DNA from: Patescibacteria group bacterium
Lineage (GTDB): Bacteria > Patescibacteriota > Minisyncoccia > Phycocordibacterales > VMEP01
Length of the DNA stretch: 52,666 nucleotides
NCBI GenBank assembly: GCA_038064715.1
Contig: JBBTSJ010000037.1
Location: 1-52,666, forward strand
Direction of reading: 5' to 3'
A program made the translations under genes and the position numbers. Under the pieces are notes generated by a model. The model did no database searches, was not told the origin of the DNA, and worked only from the letters and a program-made list of their open reading frames with translations. Below, one piece after another: positions 43,064 to 52,029 of this stretch. Positions within the stretch are counted from its first letter, which is position 1; every line of letters begins with the position of its first letter.

Positions 43064-45427
43064 ATGAATTTGAATAAATTTTTACGGTACGCAATTTTTA
43101 TCGGCCTATTTGCTGTTCCGTTTATACCGCTCCTCGTGTCAAACTCGATGTTTTTCCCGTTTATCACGGGAAAAAATTTTGCTTTCAGGATTATTGTTGA
43201 AATTATCCATGCCGCTTGGGTGATTTTGGCGCTACGAGATTCTTTCTATCGGCCCAAGAAATCAATCATCCTTATTGCTTTTGCCACATTTATCGGGATA
43301 CTCGCTCTCGCCGATTTTTTTGGCGAGAACCCATACAGAAGTTTTTGGTCCAACTACGAGCGAATGGAAGGGCTTGTCGCGCACCTGCATTTGTTCGCGT
43401 ATTTTCTGGTTGCCACCGCGATGTTTTCCACGGAAAAATTATGGCAAAAATTTTTTTACACTTCGTTCGGCGTTAACACGGCCATTATTGGTTATAGTTT
43501 ATTTCAGCTCTCCGGCAAGCTCGCCATCAATCAAGGGGGGGTTCGCGTTGACGCCACTTTCGGCAACGCCACATATCTCGCGGCCTACGCGCTTTTTCAG
43601 GTTTTTCTCATTGCTTTTTATCTGATTCGCGAGAAAAATTTCTCGGACTCGTCAAGCGACAAAGCCGCCTTTGTCATTCTCGGAGCAAGTCTCGGAGCGT
43701 TTTTGGCGATGCCACCCGGATCTTCCGTTACCGCATACTTTTTGATTATTCTTTTGACCATTGCCGTAGACCTCGCCTTGTTTTTTGCCGTAACCGCACG
43801 AGGGAGCAAGCCGTTTTTGTGGGTGCTTTTAATCGCCAATCTTTTTGTTCTTTACAACACCGAAACAAGGGGGGCAATACTCGGGCTTATCGGCGGGGTG
43901 TTCATTTCCGCCACAATCTTGGCTGTAGGAAATTGGAAAAACGCGAAAGTTAGGAACACCGCTGTTTCCGCCATTGCCGCGCTCATGATTTTTGTCGGAC
44001 TGTTTGTGGCGTTTAAAGATTCTAAATTCATAAAAGAGAGAAGCACTCTTGCCAGATTTGCTTCCATTTCGCTTACCGAGCAGACGACCATTTCGCGATT
44101 CACCGTCTGGGATATGAGCTGGCAGGGATTCAAAGAGCATCCCGTTCTTGGCTGGGGACAGGATAACTTCATTGTTGTTTTCAGCAAATACTACAAGCCG
44201 GATATGTGGAATCAAGAACCGTGGTTTGACCGTTCCCACAACGTTTTCTTTGATTGGATGATAGCCGCGGGTCTTTTGGGCATTCTTGCTTACCTCGCGC
44301 TTTTTGGCGCTGGCCTGTATTCCTTGTGGAGAAGCTTGAAACTTTCTTTCGCCGAAAAAAGCGTTTTGACCGGGCTTTTGGCCGGATATTTTTTCCAAAA
44401 TCTTTTTGTTTTTGACAACCTGACGAGCTACATTATGTTTTTCTCCGTTTTGGGATTTATTTCTTTCGCTTCGGTAAACGACGGTGTCGCGGAAAAATCG
44501 GCCGAAAAACCGGCCAAAGCGCGGGAGCCGAAGAATGTCCCGCCCGAACCGGGCGGCGCGGGGTATTTTGGAGCGGCTATGGCTCTAATCATTCTTGTTC
44601 CTGTTTTGTATTTCGGAAATGTTAAGCCGATACTTGCTTCAAGGTATTTAATACAAGCGATAAGCGGGCAGGAAGAAGGTCCCGCGAAAAATCTTGAGTA
44701 CTTCAAAAATGTTTTCGCTTCAGGAACGTTCGGAGGCGGTGAAGCCCGCGAGCAACTGGTTCGCGCGACAATAAGTTTGCGCGGGGCCAATATCCCGGAT
44801 GAGTTTAAACAAGCTTTCTTCTCGCTCTCCAACGAACAAATGCTTGATCAAATCAAAATGGCCCCAACTGACGCCAGGTATGAACTTTATTTCGGGTTGC
44901 TTTTTGGTTCTTTTGGAAATTTTGACGAAGCCGCGAATCATTTGAAAAGAGCGCTGGAACTTTCTCCCAAAAAACAGCAGATTTTATTTGAGCTCGGTTC
45001 CGTTTATTTAAGCAAAGGGGATGTGAATACGGCCAACAAATATTTCAAAGAAGCTTACGACGAAGCCCCGAAGTATCCGGATGCCGCGATTACTTACGCC
45101 ACGGGATTGATTTATGCCGGACGGGTAGAGGAATCAGACGCCATTCTTATTTCATCTTTTGGAACAACGCTTGTGCCCGACAACCGCATCATCAGCGCTT
45201 ATTTTGTCAAAGGTATGCCCGGCCGAGTAATTGATATCCGCAAAAACCAACTCTTAAAATCGCCAAAAGACCAGCAAACGATGCTTGCCCTTGCCGCCGC
45301 TTATTTGAACGCGGGACAAAGGGAAAACACCATCAACGAATTAAATGAAATTATAAAAACATATCCTGGTTTTAAAGACCAAGGAGAATCTTTCATAAAA
45401 GAAATCCGCGCCGGCAGGAATCCTTGA
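43064..45427 (+). CDS. O-antigen ligase/polymerase-like (Wzy_C) membrane protein with C-terminal TPR repeats
   Basis: YNTETRGAILGLIGG loop motif within a polytopic region. The C-terminal part has TPR-like ..AANHLKRALELSPKKQQILFELGSVYLSKGDVNTANKYFKEA. ATG at 43064 (the track starts at TTG 43031). Confidence 0.85.
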   Translation: MNLNKFLRYAIFIGLFAVPFIPLLVSNSMFFPFITGKNFAFRIIVEIIHAAWVILALRDSFYRPKKSIILIAFATFIGILALADFFGENPYRSFWSNYERMEGLVAHLHLFAYFLVATAMFSTEKLWQKFFYTSFGVNTAIIGYSLFQLSGKLAINQGGVRVDATFGNATYLAAYALFQVFLIAFYLIREKNFSDSSSDKAAFVILGASLGAFLAMPPGSSVTAYFLIILLTIAVDLALFFAVTARGSKPFLWVLLIANLFVLYNTETRGAILGLIGGVFISATILAVGNWKNAKVRNTAVSAIAALMIFVGLFVAFKDSKFIKERSTLARFASISLTEQTTISRFTVWDMSWQGFKEHPVLGWGQDNFIVVFSKYYKPDMWNQEPWFDRSHNVFFDWMIAAGLLGILAYLALFGAGLYSLWRSLKLSFAEKSVLTGLLAGYFFQNLFVFDNLTSYIMFFSVLGFISFASVNDGVAEKSAEKPAKAREPKNVPPEPGGAGYFGAAMALIILVPVLYFGNVKPILASRYLIQAISGQEEGPAKNLEYFKNVFASGTFGGGEAREQLVRATISLRGANIPDEFKQAFFSLSNEQMLDQIKMAPTDARYELYFGLLFGSFGNFDEAANHLKRALELSPKKQQILFELGSVYLSKGDVNTANKYFKEAYDEAPKYPDAAITYATGLIYAGRVEESDAILISSFGTTLVPDNRIISAYFVKGMPGRVIDIRKNQLLKSPKDQQTMLALAAAYLNAGQRENTINELNEIIKTYPGFKDQGESFIKEIRAGRNP

Positions 45428-45437
45428 CAAGGAAACA

Positions 45438-45477
45438 CCAAGGGTCGTCCTTGGTCCCTGCCAAGGACGACCCTTGG
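45438..45477. repeat. REP-like perfect palindrome (17-bp arms)
   Basis: ccaagggtcgtccttgg tccctg ccaaggacgacccttgg. Each arm is itself a 6-bp hairpin. Confidence 0.9.
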
Positions 45478-45496
45478 CAGACTTTACTTTAATAGA

Positions 45497-45679
45497 ATGC
45501 AAAGAAAATTTATTTTTTCTGTAGGTGAGTACTACCACATCTACAACAGAGGTGTAGAGAAAAGAAATTTGTTTTTAGACAACACTGACTGCGATAGATT
45601 CATGCGTCTTCTCTATATTTCCAATGGCGTAAAACCGGTAATCTTGAGAGATTGCCAAGGACGACCCTTGGCGGAATAG
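45497..45679 (+). pseudogene. Truncated IS200/IS605-like Y1 transposase (RAYT-type) N-terminal fragment
   Basis: MQRKFIFSVGEYYHIYNRGVEKRNLFLDNTDCDRFMRLL matches the ..YH.ynRG....iF.d..D...F..lL N-terminus of COG1943-type proteins. It ends before the HUH motif, and its last codons are encoded by a REP copy. Confidence 0.6.
45655..45671. repeat. Third copy of the REP-like 17-mer
   Basis: ccaaggacgacccttgg. With flanks, tgccaaggacgacccttggc is identical to 45459-45478. Confidence 0.9.
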
Positions 45680-45707
45680 AAGATTACTATAATGCTATAA
45701 TAATTGT

Positions 45708-46739
45708 ATGGAAAAAATCAAAGTCGGCATCAACGGGCTCGGACGCATTGGCAGGGCGTTTTTGAAGCTGGCTATAAACCGGCCGGAAATTGAGATTGTG
45801 GCGGTAAATGATTTGGGGAACGCGGAAAATCTGGCCTATCTTCTAAAATACGACACGGTTTACGGCAAGAGCGATTTGCGGGTTGAGGCGGGAGAAAATG
45901 TTTTAAATGTGAATGGTCATAAAATTTCTCTCTTCAGAGAAAAAGAACCCGCCAAAATCCCATGGAGTAACGCGATTGTTGATATTGTAGTGGAATCAAC
46001 CGGATTTTTTGAAAGTTATGAAAAAGCCAGAGGGCATTTGGAAGGAGGCGCGAAGCGCGTAATTATTAGCGCTCCAGCAAAAGGCGGCGGCGAGGGAACT
46101 CTCGGAGAAACTGTGCTTATCGGTATAAACGAAGACAAACTTAAAATTTGCCAAATATCTTCCAACGCTTCTTGCACCACGAATGCCGGAAGTCCCGTGA
46201 TGGCCATCTTGGACGAGGGGCTTGGCATTGAGAAAGCGATTCTAAACACCGTGCATGCTTACACCGCGACGCAGAAAATTGTAGACGGGCCGGATGCGGG
46301 AGATTTTAGGCGCGGGCGGGCGGGCGGGCAGAATATTGTGCCCTCAACCACCGGCGCGGCCATTGCCGTAACAAAAGCACTTACTGATTTAGCGGGCAAA
46401 TTTGACGGTATCGCGCTCCGCGTGCCCGTCGTTGCCGGTTCTATTGCCGATATCACTTTTGTTTCATCGCGCGATACAACCGCGGAAGAAGTAAATAATA
46501 TTTTGAGGAAAGCAGCCGAGGAAGACAGATGGAAAGGGATTTTTACGGTTACGGAAGAGCAGGTGGTATCGTCTGATATAGTGGGCGACACGCACGCGTC
46601 CATTGCCGATTTATCTTTTACGAAAGTGGTCGGCGGGAATTTGGTCAAAGTGCTTGCCTGGTACGACAATGAAATGGGATACGCCAATACTCTGGTGGAG
46701 CATGTTATTCGCGCAGGGAGTTATCTAAACAGTAAATAG
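45708..46739 (+). CDS. gap: Glyceraldehyde-3-phosphate dehydrogenase, type I
   Basis: KVGINGLGRIGR and the catalytic SNASCTTN, 343 aa. Confidence 0.95.
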   Translation: MEKIKVGINGLGRIGRAFLKLAINRPEIEIVAVNDLGNAENLAYLLKYDTVYGKSDLRVEAGENVLNVNGHKISLFREKEPAKIPWSNAIVDIVVESTGFFESYEKARGHLEGGAKRVIISAPAKGGGEGTLGETVLIGINEDKLKICQISSNASCTTNAGSPVMAILDEGLGIEKAILNTVHAYTATQKIVDGPDAGDFRRGRAGGQNIVPSTTGAAIAVTKALTDLAGKFDGIALRVPVVAGSIADITFVSSRDTTAEEVNNILRKAAEEDRWKGIFTVTEEQVVSSDIVGDTHASIADLSFTKVVGGNLVKVLAWYDNEMGYANTLVEHVIRAGSYLNSK

Positions 46740-46832
46740 CGAAATATCAAAATAGTTTATGAAAGATTATAAAGATTGGATTGTCTGAAATATTTAGCTA
46801 TTTTATTATTAGGCTTTTTTGATATTTTAGTT

Positions 46833-47321
46833 ATGAAAATTTACATTGCATCTGACCACGGCGGTTTTGAGCTCAAAAAACATTTACTCGGTTTTGTGCG
46901 CGAGCTTGGCTACGAAATTGAAGATTGTGGCGCTTTTCAGAATAATCCCGACGATGACTATCCCCCTATTATTTCCAGTGCGGCGCGAAAACTTTCTTTG
47001 GATGTTGAAGCTGGGATTGACAGTCGCGCCATTGTTGTCGGCGCGTCAGGACAGGGGGAGGCGATAGTAGCCAATCGTTTCAAGGGTGTGCGGGCGGTTG
47101 TTTACTATGGTCCGGCCCCACGCTCGCAAACAGATGTAAGCGGGAAAGAATTGAATATGATTGCTTCAACCCGCGAGCATAATGACGCCAATGTTCTTTC
47201 ATTGGGCGCGCGATTCATAAGCGAACAAGAAGCGAAAGATGCAGTTAAACTGTGGCTTGAAACTCCGTTTTCCGGCGAGGAGAGGCATGCGAGAAGAATA
47301 AATAAAATAGATAAGAAATGA
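46833..47321 (+). CDS. rpiB: Ribose-5-phosphate isomerase B
   Basis: MKIYIASDHGGFELKKHL. ATG at 46833 (the track starts at TTG 46776). Confidence 0.92.
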   Translation: MKIYIASDHGGFELKKHLLGFVRELGYEIEDCGAFQNNPDDDYPPIISSAARKLSLDVEAGIDSRAIVVGASGQGEAIVANRFKGVRAVVYYGPAPRSQTDVSGKELNMIASTREHNDANVLSLGARFISEQEAKDAVKLWLETPFSGEERHARRINKIDKK

Positions 47322-47563
47322 GTTCATATAAAGGAACTATTATTGAAAGCAGTCTGAAAGACAAGAAAATTTTAGATGAAGTCAAGATTGTTAAAAAGTA
47401 CAAAGACGAGGATTGGGTACTTTACGACATAGAAATTGAGGAAAATAAAATAAAAGATTTACAGAAATATATAAATGACGGACCTTGGTACAGACATTTA
47501 TGGAATGGAGAAAAAATAATGATGAAGTTTATGTTGTATACAAAGAAAGTATTTTTAAGATAA
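47318..47563 (+). CDS. Hypothetical protein, probably frameshifted (continues in another frame to 47655)
   Basis: This ORF ends at 47563. A second protein-like frame is open from 47479 (in-frame ATG at 47500) to 47655: ..NNDEVYVVYKESIFKIKYSDKSTWAEAINYGEKVGIPEEQLDFLIH*. The junction lies near the A-run at 47510-47516. Confidence 0.45.
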   Translation: MSSYKGTIIESSLKDKKILDEVKIVKKYKDEDWVLYDIEIEENKIKDLQKYINDGPWYRHLWNGEKIMMKFMLYTKKVFLR

Positions 47564-47656
47564 AATATTCGGATAAATCAACTTGGGCTGAAGCTATAAA
47601 TTATGGGGAAAAAGTAGGAATACCGGAAGAACAATTAGATTTTTTAATTCACTAAC

Positions 47657-48346
47657 ATGACCGAAATAATTCCGGCGATAATGCCCAAAAACTTAAACGA
47701 CCTTGAGAACAAGGTCTCTTTGGTGCGCGGCGCGGCGAGATGGGTGCAAATTGACGTGATGGACGGAAACTTTGTCTCGGCCGTAGATTGGCCGTTTCCG
47801 GACATGCGCCGCGCCGCATCCGCAATTCTTTCGGAAGAAGAAGGATTGCCCTATTGGAATGACATAAATTACGAATTTGATTTGATGATAAAGAATCCGG
47901 AAAAATACGCCGAGGATTTCGTGCGCTTGGGCGGGGGGCGCATTATTTTTCACTACGAAAGCGCGGACAAAGACAAGATATGGGAAGCGGTGCGCAAAGT
48001 GCAGGATATGAATACCGAAGTTGCCATTGCCATAGACACGGTGACCCCAAACGATGCGCTTGATGAATTCTTGACCGACGAGAGGCCTGTTGATTTCGTT
48101 CAGTTGATGGGAATCGCGCAAATTGGTTATCAGGGACAGCCTTTTGACGAACGCGTAATCCCCAAAATAAAAGCCCTTCGCGGGAAGTTCCCTGATATAA
48201 TGATAAGCATAGACGGAGGCGTTAATTTTGACTCAGCTCCGCTTCTTATAGATGCGGGCGCAAATCGCCTTGTTGCCGGCTCGGTGATTTTAAAAAGCGA
48301 AAATCCGCGCGAAGCAATTGGACGACTTAAGTTATTGAGCATATAA
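47657..48346 (+). CDS. rpe: Ribulose-phosphate 3-epimerase (divergent)
   Basis: IIPAIM.., VQIDVMDGNFV, ISIDGGVN, ~229 aa TIM-barrel size. Confidence 0.85.
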   Translation: MTEIIPAIMPKNLNDLENKVSLVRGAARWVQIDVMDGNFVSAVDWPFPDMRRAASAILSEEEGLPYWNDINYEFDLMIKNPEKYAEDFVRLGGGRIIFHYESADKDKIWEAVRKVQDMNTEVAIAIDTVTPNDALDEFLTDERPVDFVQLMGIAQIGYQGQPFDERVIPKIKALRGKFPDIMISIDGGVNFDSAPLLIDAGANRLVAGSVILKSENPREAIGRLKLLSI

Positions 48347-48353
48347 TTAAAAA

Positions 48354-48668
48354 ATGAAGAAAAAAGGGACTATAAAAAAAGGAGTTTCAAACGAAGACCT
48401 GGCTCGCATGGTTGCTAAGGGTTTTGAAAGTATGGATAATAATTTTTCGGGACTTGAAAATAAAATGACGGGGCTTGAGGACAGAATGACGGGACTTGAG
48501 GACAAAGTAGACGGGTTTGAACGACGCGTTACGCAAAAAATAGGGAATCTTGAAAGGCGAATCGATGATGTTGTGATGAATCGCGCCACAAAAGACGAAG
48601 TCTACGCCCTTTCTCTGCGTGTTGATAATCTTGAAATCAAGACCGGGCTAAAAGAGAAGGGAAAATAG
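48354..48668 (+). CDS. Small coiled-coil protein with heptad peptide repeats
   Basis: SGLENKM TGLEDRM TGLEDKV DGFERRV, encoded by four 21-nt units (48447-48530). Confidence 0.6.
   Translation: MKKKGTIKKGVSNEDLARMVAKGFESMDNNFSGLENKMTGLEDRMTGLEDKVDGFERRVTQKIGNLERRIDDVVMNRATKDEVYALSLRVDNLEIKTGLKEKGK
48447..48530 (+). repeat. 21-nt tandem repeat x4 within the CDS
   Basis: tcgggacttgaaaataaaatg / acggggcttgaggacagaatg / acgggacttgaggacaaagta / gacgggtttgaacgacgcgtt. Confidence 0.8.
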
Positions 48669-48674
48669 GCCGCG

Positions 48675-49541
48675 ATGGCATTCACGGACGCAAAAACTAA
48701 AGAGCTTGAGATAAAGGCGAACCAAATCCGCCAATCGATTATTTCTATGCTTGTGGAAGCGGGTTCGGGGCACACGGCCGGACCGCTCGGCATGGCGGAT
48801 GTTTTTACTGCCATGTATTTTGGCATACTTAAGCATGACCCGAAAAATCCGGATTGGGAAAAACGCGACAGACTCGTTCTTTCAAACGGCCACATTTGCC
48901 CCGTGCTTTACGCGGCCATGGCGCACTCCGGATATTTTCCGGTGGACGAACTAATGACGCTCCGCAAATTCGGCTCGCGCCTGCAGGGACATCCTCATCG
49001 CGAATGGTTGCCTTACATTGAAACATCATCCGGCCCTCTCGGTTCCGGCCTTTCGCAAGCCGTCGGCATGGCGCTTGCCGAGAGAATTGATAACGGCAAA
49101 AGCTCGGACAAATTTATTTACTGTTTTTTGGGCGATGGCGAATTGGATGAAGGGAACAATTGGGAAGCGCTTATGCTTGCCGGAAAAGAAAAGTTGCATA
49201 ACCTAATCGCTATCGTGGACAGGAATAATATTCAAATAGACGGATTTACCGAAGACGTGATGCCTCTTGAACCGCTACACGAAAAATTGGCGTCGTTTAA
49301 TTGGCATGTGCAGGAAATAGACGGACACAGTTTCCACGCCATTTTTGACGCGGTGGAAGAAGCCAAAGCGGTGTTCAACCAGCCGTCTGTGATTATCGCT
49401 CACACCATTCCGGGCAAAGACGTGCATATGTTTGAGCGCGATTTCAAATGGCACGGTATGCCTCCGAACAAGGAAAAAGGAGAAGCGGCGCTTAAGGAAT
49501 TGAGGACTCTTGCGGGGAGAATAAAATCTGAACATGAGTAA
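48675..49541 (+). CDS. Transketolase, N-terminal (TPP-binding) subunit of a split enzyme
   Basis: GSGHTAGPLGMADVF, SNGHICPVLYA, GHPH, FLGDGELDEGNNWEA. Confidence 0.93.
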   Translation: MAFTDAKTKELEIKANQIRQSIISMLVEAGSGHTAGPLGMADVFTAMYFGILKHDPKNPDWEKRDRLVLSNGHICPVLYAAMAHSGYFPVDELMTLRKFGSRLQGHPHREWLPYIETSSGPLGSGLSQAVGMALAERIDNGKSSDKFIYCFLGDGELDEGNNWEALMLAGKEKLHNLIAIVDRNNIQIDGFTEDVMPLEPLHEKLASFNWHVQEIDGHSFHAIFDAVEEAKAVFNQPSVIIAHTIPGKDVHMFERDFKWHGMPPNKEKGEAALKELRTLAGRIKSEHE

Positions 49542-49565
49542 ATCTCTTACTTATAACCAATAACT

Positions 49566-49946
49566 ATGACAATAACAAAAACAACCCCTTTTCGCTTCTT
49601 CGAGTGGTCGGTTTACCGCGACGCAAAGGAATTTTTTAATTTAAGTTTTGGGATAGTTAAGAAACTTCCTAAAGAATACAGATTTGAAATAGGAAGCCAA
49701 ATAATCAGGTCAAGCCTATCGGTTTCCTTAAATATAGCAGAGGGAGCTGGCAAAAATTCCGACAAAGATTTTAATCATTTTTTGAATATTGCATCAGGGT
49801 CATTGTTTGAAACTGTTGCCGCCTTCGATATATTAAAAGACAACAACCTTATAAGCGAGAAAGAATTTACAGATACATTGAATTTAGGGGGTGTAATTTC
49901 CAACCAGCTTGGCGGGTTTAAAAAACGATTATTGCGTAATAGTTAA
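49566..49946 (+). CDS. Four-helix-bundle protein (23S rRNA intervening-sequence protein / Avd-like family)
   Basis: IRSSLSVSLNIAEGAGKNSDKDFNHFLNIASGSLFE matches the ..S...NIAEG.gr.s..ef..fl.iA.GS..E signature. Confidence 0.85.
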   Translation: MTITKTTPFRFFEWSVYRDAKEFFNLSFGIVKKLPKEYRFEIGSQIIRSSLSVSLNIAEGAGKNSDKDFNHFLNIASGSLFETVAAFDILKDNNLISEKEFTDTLNLGGVISNQLGGFKKRLLRNS

Positions 49947-49958
49947 CTGTTATAAGTT

Positions 49959-50972
49959 ATGGTTATCTTGAATCCAAAATTGTTTGATGCAGATGTTGAG
50001 CAACTGCCGATTCGCAAAGGTTTCGGCGAAGGGTTGTTGCAGGCCGGTACCGAAGACGAGCGCGTGGTGGGGCTTTGCGCCGATTTGACCGAATCAACGC
50101 AAATGCATCTTTTCCGCAACGCTTTCCCCAAACGATTTATTCAGATCGGCATAGGTGAGCAGAATTTGGCGGGAGTGGGAAGCGGGATGGCGGCTATGGG
50201 CAAAATTCCTTTTATTTCTTCTTATGCCATGTTTTCTCCCGGACGGAATTGGGAACAGATTCGCACTACAATTTGTTACAACGACCGCAATGTGAAAATT
50301 GCCGGTTCACACGCTGGAGTTTCAGTCGGTCCCGATGGCGGGACGCATCAGGCCACAGAAGATATAGCCATTACCCGCGTAATTCCCAGAATGACCGTAA
50401 TCGTGCCGTGCGACGCGATAGAAGCCAAGAAGGCGACACTTGCCGCGGCAAAAATGAACGGCCCTGTTTACATCCGCTTGGCGCGCGAGAAAACGCCCGT
50501 TATTACAACGGAAGAAACGCCGTTTGAAATTGGTAGAGCGCAAGTGTTTTCCCGTCCAAGGGGAGTCCTTGGACAAAAGGTGGGGATAATAGTCTGTGGC
50601 GGGCTTGTTTATAACGCGCTTCGCGCGGCAAAAGATCTTGAAAAGGAAGGAATCGGCGCGACAGTACTCAATCTCGCGACCATAAAGCCGATAGACAGGG
50701 AAGCAATAATTAAATTAGCCCAAGAAAACGAAGGCATCGTGACGGTGGAAGAACACCAAATCGCTGGTGGTATGGGAAGCGCGGTGGCGGAAGTGCTTGC
50801 AGGGGAATATCCCGCGCCCATGGAATTTGTAGGAGTGAGAGATTTGTTCGGACAGTCGGGAACCCCAGCCGAACTCATCGAACATTACGGCATGGGCATA
50901 TCGCACATAAAAGAAGCGGTAAGAAAGATTTTAGGCGGGGAGAGAAAGGCGGTAAATAATTTCCATCTGTAA
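49959..50972 (+). CDS. Transketolase, C-terminal (pyrimidine-binding) subunit
   Basis: GIGEQNLAGVGSGMAAMGKIPFISSYAMF, HAGVSVGPDGGTHQ. Confidence 0.93.
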   Translation: MVILNPKLFDADVEQLPIRKGFGEGLLQAGTEDERVVGLCADLTESTQMHLFRNAFPKRFIQIGIGEQNLAGVGSGMAAMGKIPFISSYAMFSPGRNWEQIRTTICYNDRNVKIAGSHAGVSVGPDGGTHQATEDIAITRVIPRMTVIVPCDAIEAKKATLAAAKMNGPVYIRLAREKTPVITTEETPFEIGRAQVFSRPRGVLGQKVGIIVCGGLVYNALRAAKDLEKEGIGATVLNLATIKPIDREAIIKLAQENEGIVTVEEHQIAGGMGSAVAEVLAGEYPAPMEFVGVRDLFGQSGTPAELIEHYGMGISHIKEAVRKILGGERKAVNNFHL

Positions 50973-51039
50973 AAAATTCATCCAAGGATAGATTTTTTAC
51001 GGAACGGAATATTTTGGCAGGTTTTGTAATTTTTTAACT

Positions 51040-52029
51040 TTAGATTTTCTTCGGCTGGTAATCGGGGGATTTTGCGAGATAATCTTCAATTTTTTCGCGC
51101 GACAAAAGCCCTTCCTGGGCGCCGACATACTGGACTACACTCATTGAATTGACGGGGCCCCAAGGGAGAGCTTCTTCCGGGGTTTTGCCTAAAGCGAGCG
51201 CGGATACAAAGGTGGAAGAAAAAGCGTCGCCCGCGCCCGTGCGCTCATACGGCGGTTTTTCGTCCGGGTATGGAGGAATAAACCAAGCAACACCTTCGTT
51301 TAACATATACGCTCCGCTTGGGCCGTCGGTTATTATTACGATTTCCGGGCCGAGTTTACGCATGTTATTCAGCAGATTGGAGATATTACTTTCTTTTGTT
51401 TCCAAAATTTTTTGCGCCTCTTCTTTGTTGGATATAAAAACTTTTGTTCGCTTATAAATACCGGACAAGCGTTCTTTGCCGAATTTCATCTGATAAGTTC
51501 CGGGTTGGAAAGCCAGATTTGTTTTTGGGTGATTATCCAGATACGCGGCAAGAGAGTCGTGCAAGGAGAGGGAATTTTCTCCGAAAGATGAAAGATAAAA
51601 CCATTTCGGCTCGCCGATATCCGGAAGTTCGTAGGCAAAAGATTCATGTTTGACCAAAATCGTACGGTCGTTGTCATACCAAAGGACATAATGGTAGTTG
51701 GTGCTGACACCCGGATTTACTTTTACGAACGACGAATCTATGCCCTCTCGCTCTATTGTTTCCAGGCATTCTTTGCCATTTTGGTCGTCGCCTACATTTG
51801 TAATAATCGCCGTGGAAAGTCCGAGGCGGGCCGCGGAAACGGCGGCATTGGGGCTGTTTCCGACAGCCCTGATTACTTTTACAAATTCGTACGGAACTTT
51901 CGCTTTAAAAGGCATGCATATTTGGCAATTCTCTTTATCAACTTCGCAGTGTACCTGCGCGTCTTCTAACCTGATGAAACAGTCGGTTGTTATGTCCCCC
52001 ATGGCGACAAAATCCAATTCTTTTGACAT
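51040..52029 (-). CDS. PfkB-family carbohydrate kinase
   Basis: C-terminal RTGAGDAFSSTFVSAL (the GAGD motif), N-terminal FVAMGDITTD, 329 aa. Confidence 0.87.
   Translation of the reverse strand: MSKELDFVAMGDITTDCFIRLEDAQVHCEVDKENCQICMPFKAKVPYEFVKVIRAVGNSPNAAVSAARLGLSTAIITNVGDDQNGKECLETIEREGIDSSFVKVNPGVSTNYHYVLWYDNDRTILVKHESFAYELPDIGEPKWFYLSSFGENSLSLHDSLAAYLDNHPKTNLAFQPGTYQMKFGKERLSGIYKRTKVFISNKEEAQKILETKESNISNLLNNMRKLGPEIVIITDGPSGAYMLNEGVAWFIPPYPDEKPPYERTGAGDAFSSTFVSALALGKTPEEALPWGPVNSMSVVQYVGAQEGLLSREKIEDYLAKSPDYQPKKI

Noticed and set aside
15838-44398. Long antisense or alternative-frame ORFs in the track (e.g. 15838-16407 -, 18854-19552 -, 22476-22940 -, 33701-34375 -, 43829-44398 -, 5884-6156 +)
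   Set aside because: Each lies wholly within a gene whose frame has clear family motifs. Their translations lack motifs and have biased composition.
49566-49946. Diversity-generating retroelement (Avd-like accessory gene)
   Set aside because: The four-helix-bundle family includes DGR Avd, but there is no reverse transcriptase, template/variable repeat pair or target gene in the window.
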